A DNA stretch of 64,000 bases from Nostoc sp. (GTDB lineage: Bacteria > Cyanobacteriota > Cyanobacteriia > Cyanobacteriales > Nostocaceae), in contig JBALDB010000051.1 in the NCBI GenBank assembly GCA_036918135.1, positions 96,001 through 160,000 of the forward strand, in the 5' to 3' direction. The translations under genes and the position numbers were made by a program. The notes under the pieces are model-generated. The model saw only the letters and a program-made list of their open reading frames with translations. It was not told where the DNA came from and ran no database searches. Shown piece by piece: positions 11,416 through 21,214 of this stretch. Numbering within the stretch: position 1 is the stretch's first letter; every line of letters begins with the position of its first letter.

Positions 11416-11526
11416 TAGTAATCCGATTTGATTCCTGAAATTATCTGCGTAGGTAGAGAACAGGGAATAGAAAAGAAGGGTATAGATGTGTACTAAATCT
11501 TGTTCAAAAATCAAATAGGAGTCCTA
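11416..11526. mobile_element. MITE-like element (TAGTAATCCGATTTGATT...AATCAAATAGGAGTCCTA)
   Basis: Imperfect terminal inverted repeats; inverted relative at 31081-31221 and a solo end at 10182-10205. Confidence 0.6.
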
Positions 11527-11797
11527 AATGTTATTTTCAATTACATTGTGTTAGTTCTTAGATATACTCTAAGCGCACAGGGTGAGGTGCGATCGCATTA
11601 ATAGCAATACCCTCAAATCGGGTAATAATATATTTTAATCCTAGCATTTCTGGTAACCAAAAAGTTAAGTCATTCGCATAATTTCGAGTTATAAAACCAT
11701 ATTCTTGAGTGCGAGCGATCGCAAAGTGTCTCTTGACGTAGCCTCTCGTAGAGAAGAACGCCAAGAATTCGTAGAGCTGCGTAAGCCCTGTTACTTT

Positions 11798-13406
11798 TTA
11801 AGCGATGTTATAAGTCAAATTAATCTTGACAATCACATCGTTGTAATCCTTATCACCGCCACCAGAGAGATCCTCAAAACCAAAGACATTATCACCTAAC
11901 ATCTTGATGTGCTGAGTTTTGTCAGCATTGGCACCCAAGAAGGTAAAGTAAACTGTTGGGTCATTGCTAGAATTACTGTCTAACAAAGCATCAACTTTAC
12001 CATCGACAATCAGGAATGGTACATAAATACCGCCGCCTTGAAAGTTGCCATTGTAGTTTCCCGTAACTTGATTAGCAACCGATAAAGCAATATCACTCAC
12101 CCGTGAGTTAATTGCCGCTTGTACATAACCCGCTTGTCCAGGGAGAATGTCTGCTGTACCATCACCATTGGTATCAATCGCCCCAAGTGACGACAGAACC
12201 ATCTTCTTTCAACGCCGCAAAGGCATAAGATGTAGAAAAAATATTGGTGACACCAGAAGCTAGTTGACTACTGACTGCACTGCTATCTCCTCCATAGCTA
12301 CTATCGCCCCAAGTGACGACAGAACCATCTTCTTTCAACGCCGCCAAGGCATTATATGTAGAAAAGATATTGATGACACCAGAGGTAAGTTGACTAGTGA
12401 CTGCACTGCTATCTCCTCCTTGTGAACTATCGCCCCAAGTGACAACAGAACCATCTTGTTTCAACGCGGCAAAGGCACTAGCTCCAGAAAAGATATTGGT
12501 GACACCAGAGGTAAGTTGATTAGTGACTGCACTGCTATCTCCTCCAGAGGTGATACCGCCCCAAGTGACGACGGAACCATCTTGTTTCAACGCGGCAAAG
12601 GCAGTAATTGTAGAAAAGATATTGACGACACCAGAGGCAAGTTGGCTTGTGACTGCACTGCTATCTCCTCCATAAGCACTATTGCCCCAAATGACGGCAG
12701 AACCATTTTCTTTTAACGCCGCAAAGGCATAAAAATTTTTATAGGTATGACCATCTGTTATCCCACCTCTTTGTCCCCTTGGTTCTCGTAATAACTGCGT
12801 GTTGCTGGTGGAGTTGAGATTAAGGGCTATTGGGGAAGCTAACACACCTGGATATTTTGCTAACCCATGTACTGTCAAGGGCGGATTCATTTTTCCTACG
12901 CCTGATTGAATATCCAACTGCCAACTTCCGCCTTGAGTTGGTGCGCCAACCTTACCCGTAGCGGCAAATATTTCTGCTTTTGTCAACTGTGCCAATTCGC
13001 TAATAAACTGGGTATCTTTGCCGACTTGGCAACTGTAGAGGGCAATTTCGGCAACGTCCCACTGTTGCAATAATTGGGCTTGTATTTTGATTTGTTGGCG
13101 ATTGATTGGCAATGCCCCAATTTGCAAGACTCCGGGGATTCCGTGGGCGACAATGGCTAACCGTTTTGCTTTTGTTTGTGCTAATAAGTTTGTAATCACT
13201 ACTAGTGCATCGTCTTCGGGTGTGAGAGTATAACCCAAAGCTTTAGGTGACAAGGCAGCATAAAGAATCTCAAGATCCTCAACACGGCTGTCAAAAATTA
13301 CCAATACTTCTGATTGTAGTTTTTGATACTTATAAATCCGCTCGAAATTAGAATTATACCCAGTGCTGAAGTGACGTTGAGGGGCTAATGATACTGTTGT
13401 CGTCAT
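11798..13406 (-). pseudogene. Large surface protein (DUF4347 + RCC1-like 42-aa repeats + DUF4114), split out of frame by an apparent internal deletion
   Basis: 13406-12174 encodes DUF4347 (LAIVAHGIPG, LYSCQVG, GGSWQL) and ~4.3 repeats FAALKxDGSVVTWG; 12202-11798 encodes a DUF4114-type C-terminus (FGFEDLSGGGDKDYNDVIV) in another frame; junction at GGGGCGAT 12177-12184. Confidence 0.75.
12177..12730 (-). repeat. 126-bp intragenic tandem repeat (42-aa RCC1/beta-propeller-like blades)
   Basis: ccccaagtgac recurs at 12181, 12307, 12433, 12559. Confidence 0.9.
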
Positions 13407-13483
13407 AGTTTGTTTCTATTTCTATAAATTGCTGAGCAGCTAAAAGCTTGCCCAATTCGAGATTTTTGAATGGGGCGCAACTA

Positions 13484-13572
13484 ATACCAATTCAAAATTC
13501 CAAATTAAAAAAGCTAGACAGAACAAAGATATGTCCGTATGTATCTGTCCCATTCTTTTTTCAAATTGGTAT
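13484..13572. mobile_element. MITE-like element ATACCAATT...AATTGGTAT
   Basis: Terminal inverted repeat ataccaatt / aattggtat; related to 7811-8006. Confidence 0.5.
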
Positions 13573-13765
13573 AAGTAGTTCTATCTTCTAGTTGTGAACA
13601 ATATTGCAGTTTATTTCTGCCTTCAGTTAACTGTATACTTGATAACTCTTAGTCTTGACAGATGTCAAACATTATGTACTTTAGTGACATTCCACCCTAT
13701 TAGCCTGGCAAAACTAAAATGTTGTAGGTTCGGTTGAGGAATAAAACTGAACATGGATCTTACTG

Positions 13766-13878
13766 AGCCACTAATCCCAACTCTGTAGCGACTAATCTTA
13801 AGTCTGGAGCGACTAATCTCAACTCTGTAGCCACTAATCCCAAGTCTGTAGCCACTAATCCCAAGTCTGTAGCGACTA
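13766..13878. repeat. 21-bp tandem repeat (AGCCACTAATCCCAAGTCTGT), ~5.4 units
   Basis: Units start at 13766, 13787, 13808, 13829, 13850, 13871. Confidence 0.92.
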
Positions 13879-13890
13879 GGAAAATGATAT

Positions 13891-14024
13891 TACAGCAGTT
13901 TGCAAGTAAATGAGGTACAAATGCAGGACTTAAAATTAGATATAAAAAGTTTCTACCTCCAGCATAGCTGCCTCCTGCCTCAAAACCCGTAGCTTTGTAC
14001 TTCATGCAAAAGAAAACTGCTGTA
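13891..14024. mobile_element. MITE with TACAGCAGTT...AACTGCTGTA ends (copy A)
   Basis: Perfect 10-bp terminal inverted repeats with TA ends; its reverse complement aligns along its length with 16631-16793. Confidence 0.8.
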
Positions 14025-14052
14025 TATGATGTTGGGCTAATTAGTTATGATT

Positions 14053-14154
14053 CAATACGGTTCAGTTAAAGGCTAATTTTCTAAAATTGTGGGTTTTCGA
14101 GACGCGATAAATCGCCGTCTCTACAAGTGTTTTGGTCTTATCCGAACTGTATTG
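14053..14154. mobile_element. Nezha-like MITE with 10-bp target-site duplication
   Basis: TIRs CAATACGGTTCAGTTAA / TTATCCGAACTGTATTG flanked by the direct repeat AGTTATGATT (14043-14052 and 14155-14164); internal REP-like palindrome gagacgcgataaatcgccgtctc. Confidence 0.8.
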
Positions 14155-14259
14155 AGTTATGATTAGCAGATGTGTGCAAAAACCAGGAAACCCTCTTTTC
14201 CTCTGCCCCCCTGCCGTCTTCACCTCAGTCTTTAACCAGACACAATATTATCTGGTGAT

Positions 14260-16548
14260 TTACTGTAGCATACGGTCAATTACACAGTGTATAACTTTAA
14301 CTTCATTCACAATTCGCTCCAGTTCTGTGGATAAAGGAGTTTGTTCTCGAACGGCTTGTAATGTAGGAGTAGTTGAAGTATTAGGATTTGTGGCAATCTC
14401 TGATAATCGAGCAGTATGCAACTGTTGAATTTGGTCGTGAATTGCTTCGAGATAGTTATCTAGCGCTGGTAATTTTTGGGGTGGCTGTCCTTGTTGCAGG
14501 GCGGCTGCTAAGTTTTCCAAAACTTGGATAATGGTATCAGTCAGTCGGTTGAGTTCAGTAAATTGGTACTCGCCACTAAATTCGCGGATATGTTCTGCCA
14601 GAGTTGTAACTGAACTGAAAAAGCCACGAATGTATACCATCAGCGTGATTACGGGTTCGATTTCTCCTTGGACGTGACGAGGTTCGCTGAACAATCTTTG
14701 AGCAGCGGCGGTAGCGTTAGCATTTTCTAATGCCGCTTGATGACGTAGCGTATTAATAGAGTCAGTAGATGTACTCTGTTTTCGATGAAGATAAGTAGCT
14801 ATTACCTGCTGAAAGTAAGCGAGATTGGCTCGAATTGTCTTTTGTAGTTGTGCTGGAAGTTGCTGTCGTTCCCAACGAGGAAAAAGCAAATAGCTGCCAA
14901 GCAGTGCTAAGACACCCCCAATGAAGCTATCAACGATACGCAATATGCCAATTTTCCAGTCACCCGCACTAATCAGGTTGAGTAGTAAGATGATGGCGGG
15001 AGTGAGCAGTATGATAAATATGCTGTAGCTTAAGGCTCGCACTGACATTGCAGTAAACACGAGCAGCAAGAAACAAACTGCGATCGCTAATTGATTTTTT
15101 ACTAGTAAAAGCAGAGTTATGCTAATAATTCCGCCTAAAATAGTACCAATGACTCTTTGTACAGTTGTCTCCGACGTTCCCCCAAAGTTGGGCTTGAGTG
15201 CAACTAAAGCTGTTAGCGTTATCCAGTAACCTCTAGGTAGTTGTAATACTGAGGCTAGCAATTCTGCAAGCGTTGTTACCAATGCTAAGCGCAATGCATG
15301 GCGAAACAGGACTGAATCAAAAGTAAAGTTATTTCGTAATGTATCAATAATTGCAGAGCGCTCTGACTGGCTTGGAGGAGAAATATTTCGCTGGGCAATA
15401 CGGCGCTGTTTTCCCTGTTTAAAATCTGCAACAATTTCTGCATCAGTATGAATTTGCTGTGCCAGATTTGTCAGGCTGGCTACAATCTTCTTCACGTTGA
15501 GTAGTTGGGCATATTCATCTGTGTGAAGATTTATGGTTTGATTAATAATTTGAGTGCGGAGAACTTGCGACTGGTGTTCTAGTGCTTCAATAGACCTGTC
15601 CAAATCTCCCAAGCCAACTAAGCTTCTTTCTTTGGCAATTGCTTGTGATAACATTTGCACAGCAATAGCCAACTGTTCTACCGCTTGCTGAATTTCTCTT
15701 TGTAATCGAAAATATAGTTCACCCGTGGATGCGATCGCCAACAATTCACTTAATACGACAACAGAATTGAGAATTTGATTTACATCCTCAATTAACACCA
15801 GTAAGTAATTTCCCCGCAGGTTACCTCCTCTTTGTTTAGTCCACATCGCTGTCCAGACACTACGGGCAAATGTCAAATCTTGAATGACGATATCTTGAGC
15901 TTGCAAAAATCTTTGTCCCCACTCTTGAGGATCTTGGGGATTTAATGCTCTCTCCCTTGCCAAGTCTATAAATTTACTCAATGAGTCATAACATTTAGCA
16001 ACTACCTGTTTTGCAGGTGCATCAGGACGCACCACCCACAGCGCTGATGACAAGATAGTTGTCCACATTCCACCAGCTAAACAAAGCGCACAATGTTGGA
16101 TCAGAGTAGATAAATTAGAGAATGAAGCGAATTTAGCAAGTGCGATCACAAACATAATTGAAGTGACTAAGCTCACAGATGCAGCCACACTGCCATAGAG
16201 ACCTGCTAAGCCTGCGATAAATATTACCAAGAATGTTGCTGGCACAACTAACCACAGATGACTGCTAACCAAACTCGCAATCAGGAACACCACAGTTATC
16301 CCTATGGTTGCTGCTATCATGGCGATCGCTTTTTGGCGGTAGGTTCCCTCAACATTTACCATCCCAACGAACCAAGCTGCCATAGTGGCGATCGCACTTG
16401 TAGCAGCATGACCAGTAATAAATCCAATTCCAATGGGCACACCCAATATCAAAAGGCTACGTAATCCAGAGAAAATGTCGGGTTTACCTGGCTTGAGTTG
16501 AAATTGCTGCAACAACCAACCCGCAGCACGTTTATCTGTAAATGACAT
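14260..16548 (-). CDS. FUSC family (YccS/YhfK-like) membrane protein
   Basis: FRHALRLA, RGYWITLTALVALKPNFGGT...QRVIGTILG, RIVDSFIGG motifs; N-terminal TM bundle. Confidence 0.9.
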   Translation of the reverse strand: MSFTDKRAAGWLLQQFQLKPGKPDIFSGLRSLLILGVPIGIGFITGHAATSAIATMAAWFVGMVNVEGTYRQKAIAMIAATIGITVVFLIASLVSSHLWLVVPATFLVIFIAGLAGLYGSVAASVSLVTSIMFVIALAKFASFSNLSTLIQHCALCLAGGMWTTILSSALWVVRPDAPAKQVVAKCYDSLSKFIDLARERALNPQDPQEWGQRFLQAQDIVIQDLTFARSVWTAMWTKQRGGNLRGNYLLVLIEDVNQILNSVVVLSELLAIASTGELYFRLQREIQQAVEQLAIAVQMLSQAIAKERSLVGLGDLDRSIEALEHQSQVLRTQIINQTINLHTDEYAQLLNVKKIVASLTNLAQQIHTDAEIVADFKQGKQRRIAQRNISPPSQSERSAIIDTLRNNFTFDSVLFRHALRLALVTTLAELLASVLQLPRGYWITLTALVALKPNFGGTSETTVQRVIGTILGGIISITLLLLVKNQLAIAVCFLLLVFTAMSVRALSYSIFIILLTPAIILLLNLISAGDWKIGILRIVDSFIGGVLALLGSYLLFPRWERQQLPAQLQKTIRANLAYFQQVIATYLHRKQSTSTDSINTLRHQAALENANATAAAQRLFSEPRHVQGEIEPVITLMVYIRGFFSSVTTLAEHIREFSGEYQFTELNRLTDTIIQVLENLAAALQQGQPPQKLPALDNYLEAIHDQIQQLHTARLSEIATNPNTSTTPTLQAVREQTPLSTELERIVNEVKVIHCVIDRMLQ

Positions 16549-16630
16549 TATTTAGGCTAGGGACTATAAGAATGCAGATCGTTTCTTACAGCATTTTACC
16601 CAGATATGACTATGCGGGGAATAACTGTAA

Positions 16631-16793
16631 TACAGCAGTTTTGATTTACATGAAGTACAAAGTTACGGGTTTTGAGGCAGTTCGCGTAGCGTGTCGAAGA
16701 CAAGGCAGCTATGCTGGAGGGAAGAGTAGAAACTCTTTATATCTGATAAATTAGTCCGAGATTTTGTACCTCACTAACTTACAATCTGCTGTA
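16631..16793. mobile_element. MITE with TACAGCAG...CTGCTGTA ends (copy B, inverted relative to copy A) carrying a ~22-nt insert
   Basis: Aligns to the reverse complement of 13891-14024 with extra ttcgcgtagcgtgtcgaagaca at 16681-16702. Confidence 0.8.
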
Positions 16794-17154
16794 TCATCAT
16801 CTGGACGAACTTAATCATTGCTATCCCAATCTAGATAATTAGTTTGTCAGGGAAAATTGACCTGGCGAACCAGCTTTTGCGACTCGTAAACCTATTTTTT
16901 CTCAAGAGGATGTTTAAAAAGTTTTGGATGAATATAATTCGCTAGCTTGACTATAACGCTTGCTGTATTTATTTAATAGTTTTTTACACAAATCATTCTC
17001 AAGATAGTGTTTTTTATTTCTACTTTCAAAAAGTATTTATTTAGACATAATTCAAAAAGATGATTATATCAATAAAAATACTTAAAAAATTTAAAATATA
17101 ATTTTATTTTTACTATAAAAAGGTGATAATAACGCCTGGATACTCGAAGAAAAA

Positions 17155-17652
17155 ATGATGTCTGTTCTGCCTCTCAATAGCGAAAATCTCCCATACCCCG
17201 ATCCCATACACCCGATCGTCGTCCACTTTGTCATAGCGATGATATTTTTTTCATTTTTCTGTGATGTAGTAGGTTACTTTACTCAGAATGTGCGTTTGTT
17301 TGAAGTAAGTTTTTGGAATATGTTTGTCGCTTCGGTAGCTATTTTCTTAGCGGTTATCTTTGGTCAGTTTGAAGCAGGTTTGGCAAACAATTACGCAGCA
17401 GTTCAGTCAACACTGAATTTTCATACGCTCATGGGTTGGTCGTTAGCGGCGATCGTAGTTGGGATTACAGCTTGGCGTTTTGTAATTCGTAATCGCAATT
17501 CCTTGAAGATACCGCCAGCTTACCTTGGTGTCGCAACTTTTTTGATTTGTTTGGTGTTTTTGCAAGTATATTTAGGAACCAAGCTATTTTGGGTATATGG
17601 ATTGCATGTTGAGCCTGTTGTCGAAGCAATGAAGCAGGGAGTCTGGCAATGA
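17155..17652 (+). CDS. DUF2231 membrane protein (ARTO/cox3 operon accessory)
   Basis: PIHPIVVHFVIA motif with conserved His, 4 TMs; first gene of the oxidase operon. Confidence 0.85.
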   Translation: MMSVLPLNSENLPYPDPIHPIVVHFVIAMIFFSFFCDVVGYFTQNVRLFEVSFWNMFVASVAIFLAVIFGQFEAGLANNYAAVQSTLNFHTLMGWSLAAIVVGITAWRFVIRNRNSLKIPPAYLGVATFLICLVFLQVYLGTKLFWVYGLHVEPVVEAMKQGVWQ

Positions 17653-18290
17653 ACTGGCAACTGATCGAACAGTTAAGATTGAGGTTAGGCGCTAACGGAC
17701 TGCCTTACGAAATTCCGATACATCCACAGTTAGTACATTTAACACTAGGGTTGTTCATTATTGCCATCTTGTTTGACATCGCCGGAACCTTTTTTCGCTT
17801 AGGGCGACCAATTTTCAAATTTCTCGGTCTTCCTGCCATCCGTTCTAGCTTCTTCGATGTTGGTTGGTACAACCTCATAGCAGCTGCGGTTGTGACATTT
17901 TTTACCGTTGCCTTTGGTTTTTTCGAGCTACTGTTGGCAAATCCACCAGTGAATCAAAAGAGTGCTTGGGGGTTGAATCCTGGTTGGACAATGTTATTGC
18001 ATGGTTTGGGTGGTATTTTGTTGTTGGGGATTATTGTAGGCATGACTGTATGGAGGGGTTTGCAACGCGATCGCTGGTGCAAGGATACTTCCCGACAAGT
18101 GCAATGGAGTTACTTATTAGTAGGTATTGCGATGTTTGGTATTTTATTTCTCCACGGAACTTTAGGGGCGCACCTCGGTGAGCAGTTCGGAATTCACGTG
18201 ACTGCGGCTAAGTTAATCCAACAGGGTAAAAATTCAAATTTGCTACTCATGCCAATTTGGAATCTTAGATTATTAATCATTAGTCATTAG
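17649..18290 (+). CDS. DUF2231 membrane protein (second copy)
   Basis: PIHPQLVHLTLGLF, HGLGG, HGTLGAHLG; ATGA overlap with the previous gene. Confidence 0.85.
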   Translation: MNWQLIEQLRLRLGANGLPYEIPIHPQLVHLTLGLFIIAILFDIAGTFFRLGRPIFKFLGLPAIRSSFFDVGWYNLIAAAVVTFFTVAFGFFELLLANPPVNQKSAWGLNPGWTMLLHGLGGILLLGIIVGMTVWRGLQRDRWCKDTSRQVQWSYLLVGIAMFGILFLHGTLGAHLGEQFGIHVTAAKLIQQGKNSNLLLMPIWNLRLLIISH

Positions 18291-18418
18291 TCATTGGTCA
18301 TTGATTGTTAATTCATCTCCCATTTCTATCTTTTATCTACCCAAATTAAGTTTAAAAAATCAAATACATTTCTCTATCTCAATTTGATATCAAACTCAAC
18401 GAAAATTTATCAAATTTT

Positions 18419-19339
18419 ATGGTGAGATTCTTAGAATATTTCCTAATAGCTGGCTGTATAGCAGTGTTGCTTGTCGTCAGTCATTGGATTGGGCAGCAGG
18501 CATATTCTTGGATGCCTCTGCAAGCTACAGCAGAAGCGCAAAAGGTAGATAGTTTATTTAGCTTTTTAGTCTCAATTGGAGCATTCATCTTCCTTGGTCT
18601 TGTTGGGATGATGGTTTATTCAATACTTTTTTTTCGGACATCCAAAAAAGACTACACTGAAGGGCATCCATCTAGAGGCGATGCTAGGCTAGAAATCCTC
18701 TGGACGGCAACGCCAACTTTATTAGTAATGTGGATTGCTTTTCAAGGCTTCAATATTTATCAGCAATTAAATATTTTAGGTTTAGGACAAATTGTACATT
18801 TGCATACACCTGTAGAATCAGAAGCAGCCTACGCCGCAGAAGTCAGCGATGTCCCCAAACCAGCTGACGAAACTATTGATGTTTTCGTCAAGCAGTGGGA
18901 TTGGTCTTTCCGCTATCCAAATAATGTTAATAGTAATGAATTACACTTGCCAGTTAATCGCCGGACTCGTCTAAATATGCACGCCCAAGAGGTGATTCAC
19001 GGGTTCTACGTCCCGGAATTTCGCTTAAAGCAGGATATCGTCCCCGGACGGAACATTGACCTTGTAGTTACACCGATTCGTGTTGGTAAATATAAGCTGA
19101 AAGATTCTCAATTTAGCGGTACTTACTTTGCCTTAATGGATGCGAATGTCTATGTTGAACCGATTGACAAATATAACCAATGGCTTACCCAAGTAGCTAG
19201 TCAACCAATGACTATCAAAAATCAGGCTGTTGCTGAATATAACCAACCGCCAAAGACATTATTTAAAACTAGTTGGTACACTGTCGCACCCGCTGAATCT
19301 GCTATTGCTAATCAAAGGAAAGTCAGCAATGACACATGA
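18419..19339 (+). CDS. coxB: Heme-copper oxidase subunit II, ARTO type (lacks CuA Cys/His ligands)
   Basis: LEILWTATP, QWDWSFRYP, EVIHGFYVPEFRLKQDIVPG; DSQFSGTYFALM replaces the CuA motif CxExCGxxHxxM. Confidence 0.9.
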   Translation: MVRFLEYFLIAGCIAVLLVVSHWIGQQAYSWMPLQATAEAQKVDSLFSFLVSIGAFIFLGLVGMMVYSILFFRTSKKDYTEGHPSRGDARLEILWTATPTLLVMWIAFQGFNIYQQLNILGLGQIVHLHTPVESEAAYAAEVSDVPKPADETIDVFVKQWDWSFRYPNNVNSNELHLPVNRRTRLNMHAQEVIHGFYVPEFRLKQDIVPGRNIDLVVTPIRVGKYKLKDSQFSGTYFALMDANVYVEPIDKYNQWLTQVASQPMTIKNQAVAEYNQPPKTLFKTSWYTVAPAESAIANQRKVSNDT

Positions 19340-21002
19340 TAATGTTCCTAAATTGGAAAATTCTTCAAACGAGGCTGTTGATAATTGGCGACAATACTTT
19401 AGCTTTAACACCGACCATAAAGTTATCGGTATTCAATACATGGTAACGACCTTCATTTTTTTCCTGATTGGCGGGTTGTTGGCAATGCTCATCCGTGCCG
19501 AATTACTCACCCCGGAATTAAATGTAGTCGATCGCCCCCTCTACAACGGCTTATTCTCCATGCATGGAACAATCATGATTTTCCTCTGGATTATCCCGTT
19601 CAATGCAGGTATCTCTAATTACCTAGTGCCGTTGATGATTGGAGCGCGGGACATGGCTTTTCCCCTGCTCAACGCCATTTCTTTTTGGATTATTCCACCA
19701 GCTGGTATTTTTTTACTATCTAGCTTTTTGCTACCCAACGGCCCTGCAAAAGCTGGTTGGTGGTCTTATCCACCCGTTAGTCTGCAATTTCCAGCCAATC
19801 AACCGATTAACGGTGAATTCTTCTGGATTGTCAGTTTAGTACTGCTTGGGATTTCTTCCATCATGGGAGCAGTCAATTTTATTACAACAATTTTTTGGAT
19901 GCGCGCCCCAGGCATGACATTTTTTCGGATGCCTGTGTTTATTTGGTCAGTCCTTAGCGCCCAGTTGTTGCAGTTGATTAACTTGCCTTTCTTGACAGGT
20001 GCATTGGTATTGCTGTTATTTGACCTGGCTTTCGGAACACAATTTTTCAAACCCTTAGAAAATGGCGATCCGATAATTTACCAACATCTTTTCTGGTTCT
20101 ACTCTCATCCAGCAGTTTACATCATGGCACTGCCAGCCTTTGGGATTCTCGCAGAGGTTCTGCCCGCTTTTTCCCGGAATCCTTTATTTGGCTATCGTTC
20201 ATTAGCACTTGCTTCTGTGGGCATTGCTTTAGTAAGCATTTTTGTTTGGGTGCATCACATGTTCACCAGTGCTACCCCTGGTTGGATGCGGATGACTTTT
20301 ATGTTGACTTCAATGTTAGTGGCTATACCCACTGGTGTCAAAGCATTTGGTTGGACTGCCACAGTTTGGAAGAGTAAACTACACCTAGAGACACCCATGC
20401 TGTTTGCAATGGGCGGTGCAGCAATGTTTATTTTTGGTGGTGTTACTGGTGTGATGCTCGCTGCTACACCTTTCGATATTCATGTCAACAACACTTACTT
20501 TGTAGTAGGTCACTTTCACTACATCGTCTTTAACACCATCACAATGGCAATTTATGCAGCCATTTACTTTTGGTTTCCGAAGATTACTGGACGGATGTAT
20601 GCTGAAGGTTGGGGTAAGTTGCATTTCTTACTAACCTTTATTGGTGCTAACCTAACTTTTTTCCCCATGCACCCATTAGGTTTGCACGGAATGTTGCGCC
20701 GCATCTCTTCCTACGACCCACAATATCAAGGATGGAATGTTATCGCTAGTCTTGGAGGTTTCTTGCTGGGAGTATCCACATTACCCTTTATTGCTAACAT
20801 AGTTGGTTCCTGGCTATACGGGCCTAAAGCAGTAAATAATCCTTGGCACGCCACTGGATTAGAATGGACAACCACCTCACCACCACCGCGAGATAACTTT
20901 GACACAATTCCGGTTGTGAAAAGACCCCCTTACGACTATGGCGATCCAAAATACTCTGTGATTGAAAATTCTGACAACGGTGAATCAGTACAACACAGAT
21001 GA
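19329..21002 (+). CDS. coxA: Heme-copper oxidase subunit I (A2 type)
   Basis: HGTIMIF, WFYSHPAVY, VWVHHMF, VVGHFHY ligands; ATG at 19329 overlaps the end of coxB. Confidence 0.95.
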   Translation: MTHDNVPKLENSSNEAVDNWRQYFSFNTDHKVIGIQYMVTTFIFFLIGGLLAMLIRAELLTPELNVVDRPLYNGLFSMHGTIMIFLWIIPFNAGISNYLVPLMIGARDMAFPLLNAISFWIIPPAGIFLLSSFLLPNGPAKAGWWSYPPVSLQFPANQPINGEFFWIVSLVLLGISSIMGAVNFITTIFWMRAPGMTFFRMPVFIWSVLSAQLLQLINLPFLTGALVLLLFDLAFGTQFFKPLENGDPIIYQHLFWFYSHPAVYIMALPAFGILAEVLPAFSRNPLFGYRSLALASVGIALVSIFVWVHHMFTSATPGWMRMTFMLTSMLVAIPTGVKAFGWTATVWKSKLHLETPMLFAMGGAAMFIFGGVTGVMLAATPFDIHVNNTYFVVGHFHYIVFNTITMAIYAAIYFWFPKITGRMYAEGWGKLHFLLTFIGANLTFFPMHPLGLHGMLRRISSYDPQYQGWNVIASLGGFLLGVSTLPFIANIVGSWLYGPKAVNNPWHATGLEWTTTSPPPRDNFDTIPVVKRPPYDYGDPKYSVIENSDNGESVQHR

Positions 21003-21033
21003 GGTAGATGGGGTCAGGGCCCCCACGTTAGCG

Positions 21034-21091
21034 AACGCGAGTGCGTCTCGTAGAGAAGCGGGGCAAACGCGAGTGCGTCTCGTAGAGAAGC
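21034..21091. repeat. Two direct copies of a 26-nt small dispersed repeat (AACGCGAGTGCGTCTCGTAGAGAAGC)
   Basis: Identical copies at 21034-21059 and 21066-21091; the core TCTCGTAGAGAAG also occurs near 11745 and 37665. Confidence 0.85.
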
Positions 21092-21214
21092 CCAGTGGGG
21101 GTTAGGGGCAATGGGGAGGCTGTTGAAGCAGGGAAAAATAACTCGTAATTCAACACTTAACACTCAGCATTCCCAATGACTAATGACTAATAACTAATGA
21201 CTAATGACTAATTT

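Noticed and set aside
11558..11899. Short ORFs of 68 and 64 aa
   Set aside because: Partly built from a dispersed repeat, with no recognisable family; at most a gene fragment
13760..14005. 81-aa ORF and its look-alike at 16542-16754
   Set aside because: The shared peptide MKYK.TGFEA comes from translating the MITE copies and the 21-bp array
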